64,000 nucleotides of DNA, taken from positions 64,048,001 through 64,112,000 of the forward strand of contig NC_087437.1 of assembly GCF_036321535.1 (NCBI RefSeq). Direction: 5' to 3'. How positions within the stretch are numbered: position 1 is the stretch's first letter; every line of letters starts with the position of its first letter. Shown piece by piece: positions 12,324 to 23,292 of the stretch. The notes beneath the pieces were generated by a model. That model had not been told where the DNA came from, did no database searches, and saw only the letters and a list, made by a program, of their open reading frames with translations. The position numbers and the translations under genes are program-made. This DNA comes from Camelus dromedarius (Eukaryota).

Positions 12324-14974
12324 TGCTATTTAGTTTTACCAAGGCTTCAGAGATACAGTGAGATAGAAGGAGATGCTGGGAAACATTCCAAAAAGAAAAA
12401 AATCCCAAACTAGCAAATCAAATCTCCAATCCAAAAATTTAATAAATTTTCATTTTTAAAGTAATATAATTACATCACAAAATGTAGAAAAATAGAAAAC
12501 AAAAGTATTCATACTCTCATCACCCTAACAGCCCCATCATTATCATTTTAAGGTATTTTCTTCTGATACTTTTTTTTTGGAAGTGTATCTTTGAAGAATT
12601 GCAATCATACAGTATACAGAAATTTGCATTCTGCTGTTACAGTTTAACCCACCATAAGACTTCTTCCATGTTTCTCCCTAGTTTTCGTAACTATTTTTAC
12701 CAGCTGCAGAATATATCAAATGAATGTATTATAATTTACATAATTATTCTTTTTATTAGCTATTTGGCATTTTTTTCTGGGCTCTCTCCCTCCTCCTTTG
12801 TTTTTCCTATTATGAGTAATGCATAGACAGATGAATGTTTTCTTGCTTGTAGCTGTTTCCATGATTGAGATTATTTCCTTAGGATACATTCCCAGAACTG
12901 GAATTGCTAAATTGAAAGTTATAATTTGTGTGTGTGTCTCTCTCAATACTGTATTGCCAGATTACTTTGCAAAAGGTTTGAATCACTTTGAAGTGCTATT
13001 GGTGATGATTGATGATGATGCTTTGGGTACCATCATTTAAAAAATACTTTGTTAATTTAAGTAAAAAAAAAAAAGAGGGTCCTTGTTTTAATTTGCATTT
13101 TATTTTACTGCTACTTAAGTTAAACATCCTTCATAGGTGGAACTTTCTAGTTTTATTTCCTTTTAAGTTAATTATTAATGTGAGGAACATAGTCAAGTCT
13201 GTCATATATTAAATATGTAGCTAGCTATATCTACAGACAAATGAATATGAATATATATTTCAGGGGATCCACTACTGTCAAGTTTTATTTCAATGGTAAA
13301 TTTACGTTTTTAACTTTGGCATAGAGATATAACTCCAGTAAATTTCTTTTGCACCTGCTGAATAAGGGTCTGTATTGGTGAGATTTTTTTCCCCCTAAGC
13401 AGAAGGGCAAGTGAGTGCAAAGATAGATTAGTAAAAAAATATATATACATTCATTTATAAGGCATTATGTCTTGATATTGCTCATTAAAATTTTATAGCC
13501 AAGTTCCCAACATTTTGTAGACTTCTTTTAGTATGTAATTATTTTAAATATAGACTATATTTTAATTATGTCCAATTAAAAGCACTTTTACATAACAATG
13601 TGTATTCTGGTAAAAAGGAACTTTGAGCTCTTTCCATCTTATAATACAGTCTCTACTTCTCCCTTTAATTTTATATGTAGCCAGTAAATTCCCAGGAGTT
13701 CCTTAGATAAGCTATGAATTTTAAAACTGATCCACACTTTTATTTTATTGTGCTACAAAAATAAATGTTAAAGGATTTTCAAGTGTTTTTGTGCCTTCAC
13801 TAAGTAATTTTCTTTTATCTGATTATTCACATGCTGCTTCCAATGAATACTAACTACTTCTATTTGGCATTCTATTTCATAGTGAGAAGGTAGATTCACC
13901 ACATCCTAATTATCATTATTATTCCATTACCCAGGTAGTCCTGGGAGATCACAAGAATTTGTCCAGTTACTTGCAGTTACGGTCAATCATTGCCACCTGG
14001 AATTAATGCACAATTAAGTCAAGTCATGAAAATCCCGATTCAGAAGTCTGCTTTGAAAAACCAGAGTTAAGAAGGCATTTGGGGCGATTTCAGAATATAT
14101 TTTTTCTTCACTGCTTTTTAAAAGAGCCCATCAAAAGTTTATAAAGTGATATCCATTTACTTACCACTTATCATTGGATTATTTAGAAATTTAGCAAGCT
14201 CTGAGGGTGGGCACTTATTTGAAACAAAATGAAGGAATTTCTCTGTTCCACTTTTCCTCCTCTGTTTTTATCTTCATCCCCAACTGCAGTTGGTTCCTTC
14301 TTCTTTCCCTGTCACTATCTTATCTTAATCTCATCGAGGTCTTCACCTACACCTTATTCCCTCCAGGGTGCCCTTCCTTTTGTCTTCCCCTTTCCTGGAA
14401 CATCTCCAAATATTCAGCTGCATCCATCTCTAGTTAAGGGACCTCATTTTTCATAACTTTTGTTCTTTTTTTATATTAATATTTGTTGTCTTAATTTTCA
14501 TAGACTATCACAGTAATTTATGCACAGTATAAAAGCTGCAAAAACACAAAAAAGCAGGAAATGAAAACCACCAGTTATTCCAAGAGGTAATCACTATTAA
14601 TTCATTGTTGTATTTCCTTTGTCTTCTTATTTAAAAAAGAATTTTAAACAAATCGGGATCTTATCAGATACATTTTGTGTCTAGCTTTCTTACTTCAAAT
14701 TTCATCACAAGCATTTCACCTCTAATTTATCTAAAATGTGTAATACATCATGGAAAAAAAATTGGACTATCTTGAAAAGCAAGATGAAAAAAATGAAAAT
14801 CACCAAGAGACGATCACCTTTTTTTTTTAGGAGATGATCCTAAACATTTTGATTTTTAACATTTTGATCTATTTACTTCTGGTCTCTATTCCTGTGCATA
14901 TTATTATAAAAAGTGGATCATACTCTACATATATTTTGTAAAGTATTGAATTTTGTGTGAAAATTATCAACATT

Positions 14975-15260
14975 TACTCAACACACATTTATTGAGCACT
15001 TAGCATGTTCTGGGTGTTGGGGTAATATGGAGTAGACAGAAATGTCTTCACTCTTATAGAGCTTACATTCTAGTGACAAAGAAAGACAATAAGCAAACAG
15101 CTAAGAATAGATATGACATTCTGAGGGATAAGCGCTATGAAAAAAGAAAGAGTGAGGGGGATGGGGACAACACAAAGTGTGCTGGCTCCTTTGTACTGGG
15201 CAGTGAGAAAAGGAGTGCTCCCCTAGGAGATGGTATTTGAGCAGACACCTAAAGAAGCAA
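14975..15260 (-). mobile_element. L2 3' end
   Basis: caacacacatttattgagcact...gagcttacattctag motif. Confidence 0.7.
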
Positions 15261-15291
15261 ATAAAAAATAAATTTTAAAAAGACAGTATTA

Positions 15292-15770
15292 ACTATGGAA
15301 TACTACTCAACCATAACAAAGAATAAAATATTGCCATTTGCAACAACATGTATGGACCTAGAGATCATCATTCTAAGTGAAGTCAGAAAGAGGAAGAAAA
15401 ATACCATATAATATCACTCATATGTGGAATCTAAAAAAAGAAGAAAAGAGGACACTAATGAACTCATCTACGAAACAGAAACAGACTTGCAGAACATAGT
15501 AAACAATCTTAAGGTTATGGGGGGGAAAGGGAGTGGGAAGGGATAAATTTGGGAGTTAAGAGATTTCCAAATGTTAGCCACTATATACAAAAATAGATTT
15601 AAAAAAATTCTTCTGTATAGTACAGGTAACTATATTCAATATCTTATAATAACCTTTAATGAAAAAGAATATGAAAAAGAATATATGTGTATATATGCAA
15701 GACAGGGACATTGAGCTGTACACCAGAAATCGACACATTGTAACTGACTATACTTCAATTTTTTTAAAAA
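15292..15770 (+). mobile_element. 5'-truncated L1 3' end (lineage-specific family)
   Basis: atggaatactactca...atggacctagag...atcactcatatgtggaatctaaaa L1 ORF2-end/3'UTR motifs and A tail. Confidence 0.9.
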
Positions 15771-16360
15771 AAGTATTAGTTTTCTGGATTTTGCATTATT
15801 TGTGGTGTATTTCAGCATTTTAGGTGTTTAACTTGAGAGATGTCCTTTTCATTCTAAATAAATATCCATCTGCCTTTGTCCCAAATTTTGTATTCTTTTT
15901 CTTAAAGGACCCCTAAATTGTATAAGCATCAGTGCTCACAAATTGTGGAGCTGCGACTGGCAGTGCTCTCTGCGAGGGAGGCTGGCAGACAGAACTCTTA
16001 AATGTGAGTCTTTCGACTCTGTTATACTGGTGAGTGGTCCCTGGCTCAGCAGATGAGAAGCCCAACCTGGCAGTGGGAAAGCCCAGAAGTGGATTCATAT
16101 TACCTAACTCTGGGCAGGTTTAGGATTTGGGGTCCCAAATACATCTGAAAGTGAAGGTGAAATCAAGAGGTTAGGTTGAATACATGTATGGCAAAAAGTT
16201 CCATCCCCAGATTCTACTGTCACCTCATGCGTCACCCTGGCAGATGAGACTCGGTTTACTCCAATTCGTTCTCTGAGCTATTGCTATCAGCAATTTACTT
16301 CTTCAGACACCTGTTTTTTTCAGCATGTCAAAGACTTCTGAAAACCCAATGTCTGCCTGC

Positions 16361-16426
16361 ATTCAGATAAGCCCCTCTATGCCTTCACATGGTATTCAGA
16401 TAAGCCCCTCTATGCCTTCACATGGT
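16361..16426. repeat. Perfect 33-bp tandem duplication
   Basis: attcagataagcccctctatgccttcacatggt occurs twice, head to tail. Confidence 0.97.
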
Positions 16427-16999
16427 AGTTTATTTCTTGACAGAAGAATTTTGAAACCCAGACCAATTTGTTTGCACGCTGCAGAAAGCAGAAGGTCTGA
16501 AAGCAGTCAGATGATGGCAGGAATTAAAGTCTGAGTCTGCTGAGGTTTTAACATCCTGTTAGAGGAGACATTTGCTTGGCAGACTCCCAGCCTAGATGCC
16601 ACGTGGAACACTCAGTGATGCAGCAGGGTTTGAAATGTCATGTTCTGCATGTGCTGCTTATTCTATGGTCTGGAAAAATAGAGCAGTGGTATTATTACTG
16701 TCACTTACCTTGCTGCCTTTGAGTATTAGAGCCAAGATTATTTTAGCTGCATAGATCCTGTATTGCAGTGATAACATGGACAGAATTGCATATATATCTT
16801 CCTAGTGAATGTTTTTGAGAAACAATTTTCAGAAGATCCCAAGCAATTTAATAACTTAATCATAATGAAAAATTACCAAGGTTTTAGAGAATGTTGTTGG
16901 AAAAACATCTTTCCCTTGATTTTCCAAGCTTTCCCAGCCTTGTTTCCATATATGTAAGTAAGCATTGCAAACTGGTGAAGCTGGGTATTCAACCCACCA

Positions 17000-17170
17000 T
17001 TGCTGAACTTCAGCTGCACTTCAGAACAAGCTGAGATCTTCTGAAACACATCAGTGCCAGGATCCCATCCCCAGAAACTTTGGTTCAGTTGTTCTGGGCA
17101 AGGCCCTGGCTCTGAGAGTTTATCAAATCCCCCAGGTGGTTAATCATGCAGATAGGATTGAGAACCATTG
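17000..17170. mobile_element. MER5A-like hAT MITE
   Basis: ccccagaaactttggttcagt...ccccaggtg...ttgagaaccattg terminus. Confidence 0.6.
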
Positions 17171-17829
17171 CACCTGGGAAAAGATGAACACAAATGTTGA
17201 TCTACTCTTTGCAAGGAGTGTAGTAGCAGGAAATCCTGGTGGTTGCAGGGAACTCAGCCCTGGGGGTTGCCAGTTTCCAATGATGAGATGCTGGTGTCGT
17301 CTCTTCCTTCCTGTTCCTCATCAGGAGGTAATTAGGGCTTGAGATAGGAGGGCATCTGGGGGCTGAGGGGGCACAACATTCAGATCAGGCTGCGAAGGTA
17401 ACTGTCTAGAAAGGATGCCCTCCCTCTAAACTAAGTACTTGGAGTAGGAGATGTGGGCCAAGAGGATGAGGATGTTATCACAGTGATTTAGACGTTATAG
17501 CTAGAAGTGATTCAACGATTAGGACATAAAAATAAGGCATCTGAGCACATTTTGAAATTTTCTATATGGTAAAAGTGGCATTTCAGTTGGGAAAGGTACA
17601 TTACTCAAAATATTGTGGGGCAAGTGGCTAGCCATTTTGAAAAACAAAGAATCCTACCTCATTCCTTAAATGAAAATAAATTTGAAATGTAGTTTAAGAT
17701 ACCAGGAAAAACACAGCCTCAGCCTCCTTACAGCAATGTCGTGGATTTGTGTGGGCGCTAAATGAAATGGTCCTAAAAATGCTTCCAAACTGTAAGGGGC
17801 TGTGTACAGGTAAAGGCTTATTATTCTTT

Positions 17830-18110
17830 CACAGTGTTATTAGATCGGTTCATTAGATAATGCGATAGACACAGTATATCTAGACTTCAGCAAAACATTT
17901 GACAATATCTTTCACTGTATCTTTAAGGGAAGGTTGGGAAATACGGTTTGGATGCTGGGACATATGAATGGGTTAGGAACTTGCTGGCTGACTGTGCCTA
18001 GGGAAGCTGCACTGGTGGACTGACAGGAATCCCCATCTGCCTGCTATAGGATTCTAGCCTACACTCTTTTACAAAGTTTCAATTCTTATCAGATTTGTAA
18101 GTGACATGAA
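17830..18110 (+). mobile_element. L3/CR1 reverse-transcriptase fragment (continuation probably at ~19300-19500)
   Basis: Translates VYLDFSKTFD, the CR1-type YLDFSKAFD motif. Confidence 0.65.
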
Positions 18111-18222
18111 GCTAAAGACAGAAGACTTGTCAGAGACAGAAACAGAATCTAAAATACCCTGGCAGGCTAAGACAAAGACAAAATTTCAAGATAAAACTTA
18201 ACTAGAATAACTTTTATAATTA

Positions 18223-18443
18223 TGATTGACTTTTAAACAACTGGGGGGTTAGGAGCACCAATCTGCACAGTCAAAAGTAGTGTGTAACTTCTAGCCCTCC
18301 ACGTCCTCCAATTCGGGGTTCTGCATCCATGGATTCAACCAACTGTGGATCAATTGTGTAATACTGTGGTATTTACTATCAAAAAAATCCACATATAAGT
18401 GGACCCATGAAGTTCAAATCCATGTTGTTAAAGGGTCAACTGT
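18223..18443. mobile_element. MER8/Tigger2-like TcMar MITE
   Basis: Right terminus ttgttaaagggtcaactg followed by TA; left terminus degenerate ttgacttttaaacaa. Confidence 0.7.
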
Positions 18444-18781
18444 ATATCAAAAATAAAATTTGTAAAGAGCTTTAAAATTATAATGTCCAGAGTTAGCAAG
18501 AGTTTAGGAAAACAGGTTATTTCATAAACTCTTGGGAAGAGTATAAATAGGTACATTGCTGAGGGAAAATTGATAATATACATCACAGGCCTTAAAAACA
18601 AGCATATTCTTTGACCCAGAAAGCCACTTCTGAACATGTGCAACGTATCTAAAATAACAAAACCAGAGATGTCCATCTCAGCATTATTTATGATAGAGTA
18701 TAACTATATATAACATATGTATCTAATGGCATGAATTTATAAGTAAAGGATAGTATTTACAAAGGATAAAGTACTATAAAT

Positions 18782-19010
18782 CAGTGATTCTCAACTGGAG
18801 GTAATTTTGCCCCGAGGGGGATATGTGGCAAAGTCTGGAGATATTTTTGGTTATCACAACCCATGGGGGAGCAGAGATGCCACTGGCATTTCGGGGGTAG
18901 AGGCCAGCAGTACTGCAAAAAATCCTACAATGTATGTAAAAGTTTCCCACAACAAAGAATTATCTGTTCCAAAATGACAATAGTGCCAAGAAATAGTGTT
19001 GAGAAACTCT
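18782..19010 (+). mobile_element. MER20-like hAT MITE
   Basis: cagtgattctcaact...tctggagatatttttggttatcacaac...gttgagaaac inverted termini. Confidence 0.85.
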
Positions 19011-19761
19011 ATAGTCTTTAAAAATTATGTTGAAAAAGAATTTCTAACAATGTAGGAAAATGTTGAAACATTTTGCAAAATTTTTAAAAGTTGTAAAATA
19101 CTAGGAGATTTCATTTCTGTGTGATTAAAACATGGAAGATGATATATCAAATTATTCAACAGTAATTGATGAACAGCTGGGCTATGAGTGATTAAATTTT
19201 CTTTTGCATATTTTTCTGCATTTTTCAAGGTTTCTTAAAACACATGTATTACCTTGAAAATAAGTAAAGAAAATATTCAATGGAAATTAACTATCAAGGA
19301 CTGATCTTTTCTGTGAGCAGTGTGAAAAAGTTTTGATGGTTTTTGTTGACAGTAAGTCTCTAATTGTAGACTAGGTTAATCAAGATACATCTTGTAAGAT
19401 CTATAAAGAAGGATTTATGGTCCTCTCTCCTTTGTGCTGGCCAGGTCTCACCTGGACTCTTATGTTTGGAACTGGATGTCACATTTTATCAGGAATGTAG
19501 AAGATGTATATTTACACTGCTTATTTATACAGAGAAAACTGTGTGTGTGTATGTGTGGGTGTATCTTCTCCTATTTACTGATTTAATGAGTAGTGATCTC
19601 AGTCTGATCCAATAAACAAAAAGTTCTCTCTAGGTACCTCTAGGATGACTCCCTAGGAAAATGCCAACTCTTTTAGAGCCCCTCTTCTCTGCCAGGTGTG
19701 AACAACGTAACTGACAGCCTGAGGGTGGGGACCTAGACCGACATGAGGTCCTGCAGGTCCT

Positions 19762-19779
19762 CACGCCCCCTGCTGGTCA
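19762..19779 (-). promoter_or_regulatory. Candidate CTCF site
   Basis: Minus strand TGACCAGCAGGGGGCGTG matches the CTCF core. Confidence 0.55.
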
Positions 19780-20359
19780 AGGCTGTACCTGGCGTGGTGG
19801 CTGCTGGGGGGCATCTGGTCCAGCTGTGGGGAATTCTGTTGCTGTCCGTTCCAGAAGCCTGGGCTAGTGCACCTTCCTTCCTTCTCTACTCCTGGGCACC
19901 ACCTCGCTCCCACTGGTGCTGCGGACCCCTGAGGTTGGCCTGTGATCTCACTGCGGTGACACCCTCTGGCAAATGCATCAGCCAGGCTCTCAGGTCCCTT
20001 CTGTACCCCTCTGTGGGGACACAGCGGGACTCTGGGTCCTGGCCATACAGGTAGTGGGGCTCCCTAGAGATAGCTAACCTCAGGCCCTCTGCTAAATTGG
20101 GCCCTAAGTTTATATGTTTAGAGTGTGCTTTTCTTTTCCATGTGTAATTTTTGGGGGGTGGAGAGGAAGCATTTTTCACTTCGATGTAATTTCAAACTTA
20201 TAAAAAGTCATATATGCCCTTGACTAGATTCACCAATTATTTATATTTTGTCTCTACCCTATATCTCTCTTTATGTATTTACATACATCTCTCTATATAC
20301 ACATGTATACATCTCTCTCTATACATACGCATGTATGTGTACATTTTCTTCTTGATTTG

Positions 20360-21825
20360 AAATGACATTAAAGTCTCAGAAAAAAATTTGATATAGACAA
20401 TATTCTTCTAAAATTTATATGGAAAGGCATAGGAATTAAACAACTAGAACAAACTGTAGTGGGAGAAGTCACTCTACTTGATTTCAAGGCTTACTATGTA
20501 GATATAAGTAATTAGGATTGTGTAGTGTTGGTGAGGGGACAGACACATGGATCAGAGAACAGAGAACCCAGAAATAGACCTGTAAGTACAGTCAAATGAT
20601 TTTTGATAAAAACGTAAAAGCAATGCAGTGGAGGAAAGATAGTCTTCAACAACTGGTGTCAAAGCAACTAGACATTGATAGGCCAAAAAATGAACCCTGA
20701 CCTGAGTCTCACACCTTCTACAAAAATTAACTCAAATTGGATCATATATTTAAGTGTAAAATTTTAGGGAAAAAAACAGAAGAAATCTTTGGGACCTAGA
20801 ACTTGATGATGAGTTCTTAAGAGATGACACCAAAAGCATGATCCTTGAAAGAAAAAAAAAAAACTACATATTGGGGTTCATCAAAATTTAAAACTTTTGC
20901 TCTGTCAAAGATCCTGTTAAGAAGATGAAAAACCAAGCTACAGACTAGGGGAAAATATTTATAGGCCACCCATCTGACAAAGAACTAGTATCTATAATAG
21001 TCAAAGAACTTTCAAAATTCAACAGTAAAAAGAAAATAATCCAATTAGAAAATGGACAAAAGATATGAACAGACATTTCACTGAAGAGGATAAAGAGATG
21101 GCAAATAAGCACCGGAAAAAATAGCTAACGTCACTAATCATTAGGGAAATGTACACTAAGACTGTGATGAGACATTACCACACACTAGTTAGAACAGCTG
21201 AAACTAACAACAGCAACAAAAACAAACACTGGTGAGGATGCAGAGAACCTGGATCTCTCATATTATCACTGGTGAGACAGTGAATGATAACAGCCACTCT
21301 GGAAAAGTCTGGCAGTTTCCTTAAAAGCTAAAGACACTGTTAACATCTGACCCAGCAATCACACTCCTGAGTGTTTATCCCAGAGAAACAAAAGTTTACA
21401 TCTACACAAAATGCAGCTTTATTGTAATGGCCCCAAATTGGATACAATAAAAATGTCCCTTAATAGGTGAAAGGTTAAACAAAACTGCGATACACCCACA
21501 CCATGGCGTAGTGCTCAGCAAGAAAAAGGAAGGAAATACTGATATATGCAACAACTGGGATGGCTCTCAAGGGCACTTGGCAGAATGAGAAAAGCCAATC
21601 TCAAGAGATTACAAATTGTGTAATCCCATTTTTAAAACATTCCCCAATGGCAAATGTATAGAGACACAAAACAAGCCATTGCAAGCCAGGGTTTAGTCAG
21701 GAGAGGGCAGGGGAGAAAAGGTGCGAACATAAAGAGAGATCTTTGTGGGGATCGAACGGTTGTGTGTTTTGATTGCAGTACTGGTGATGCTAATCTGCAT
21801 ATGTGATAAATGGCATAGACACGTG
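20360..21825 (+). mobile_element. Old L1M (L1MC/MD-like) ORF2 3' part and 3'UTR
   Basis: Degenerate ORF2 motifs (gaacccagaaatagacc, gacccagcaatcacactcct). Confidence 0.8.
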
Positions 21826-23292
21826 GAATTTCAAGGAAACCTGAACAGCTGAAACAATCTTGAAAAACAAGAACAAAGTTGGAGGGTTCACATTTCCTGA
21901 TTTCAAAACTTACTATGAATCTATAGTAATCAAAACAGTGTGGTGTTGACATAAATACAGGCATATAGACCCATGGAATAGAATAGAAAGCCCAGAAATA
22001 AACCCTCATGTATAGAGTCAAATGATTTTTGACTAGGATGCCAAGACTGGTCAATGAGGAAAAGACAGTCTTTGCCATAAGTGGTGTTCAGGAAACTGGA
22101 TATCTACATGCAAAACAATGAAGCTGGACTCAAAATGGATCAAAGTCCTAAATGTAATATCCCAAAACTATAAAACTCTTAGAAGAAAACATAGCAGAAA
22201 ATCTCCTAACATTGGGTTAAGCAATGATTTGCTGGATATCACACCAAAAGCACAGACAAAAAAAGAAAAATATATATATACTGGACTTCATCAAAAGTAA
22301 AAAGTTTCATACATCAAAAGACACTATCAAGGAAGTGAAAAGACAACCCACAGAAAGCAGAATAGATTTGCATATCATGTTCCTGATAATGGATTAAAAT
22401 CCAGAATGTATAAAGAATTCCTACAAGAGAACAACAACAAAAAAAACCCCCAAATAACTCATTTCAAAAAAGGGCAAAGGACTTAAATAGACATTTCCCC
22501 AAAGATATACAAATGACCGAACAGCACATGAAAAGATGCTCAGTGTCACTAATCATTAAAGGAATGAGCATCAAAGCCACAGTGAGATACTACCTTACAC
22601 TCATTAGGATGGCTATTATTAAAACACACACACAGAGAATAACTTTCAGCAAGGATGTGGAGAAATAGGAACCCTTGGTGCATTGTGGTAGGAATGTAAA
22701 ATGGTGCAGCCACTATTGAGAACAGTATAGTGATTCCTGAAAAACTAGACACAGAATTACCATACGATCCAGCAATTCCATTTTCAAAAGAATTGAAAGC
22801 AGAGACTCAAAGAGATGATTTGTACAACATTGTTCCCAGTAGCATTATTCATAATAGCCAAAAGGTGAAAACAGCTCAAATTACCATTGATGGATGAATG
22901 GATAAACAAAATGTGGTATATCTATAAAGTGGAATATTATTCATCCTTAAAAAGGAAGGAAATTCTGACATATGCTACAATATAATGAACCTTGAAAGTA
23001 TTATGCTAAGTGAAATAAGCCAGACACAAAAGGACAAATATATGATTTTACTTATATGAGGTACCTAGAATAGGCAAATTCATACAAAGTAGAATGCTGG
23101 TTACCAGGGGTTGAGAGAGGGGAGGAATGGGGAGTCGTTGTTTAGGGAATACAGAGTTTCAGTTTGGGAAGATGAAAGTTCTGGAGATGGATATTAATGA
23201 TGGTTGCACAGCAATGTGAATATACTTAGTGTTACTGAACTGTACACTTGAAAATGGTAAATTTTATGTTATGCATGTTATACAACAAAAAA
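21826..23292 (+). mobile_element. Old L1M (L1MB-like) ORF2 3' part and 3'UTR
   Basis: aagttggagggttcacatttcctgatttcaaaac...gatgaaagttctggagatgg...ctgaactgtacacttgaaaatgg. Confidence 0.88.

Larger units (their letters stand above)
1246..16801 (-). pseudogene. Speculative decayed multi-exon gene or spliced non-coding exons downstream of PDIA5
   Basis: Several minus-strand AG...GT-bounded segments (16709-16801, 14165-14200, 8897-8953, 1246-1434) and stop-interrupted protein-like frames; no family recognised with certainty. Confidence 0.2.

Noticed and set aside
16325..16534. Plus-strand ORF with repeated IQISPSMPSHG peptide
   Set aside because: The repeat is simply the 33-bp DNA duplication; no other coding support
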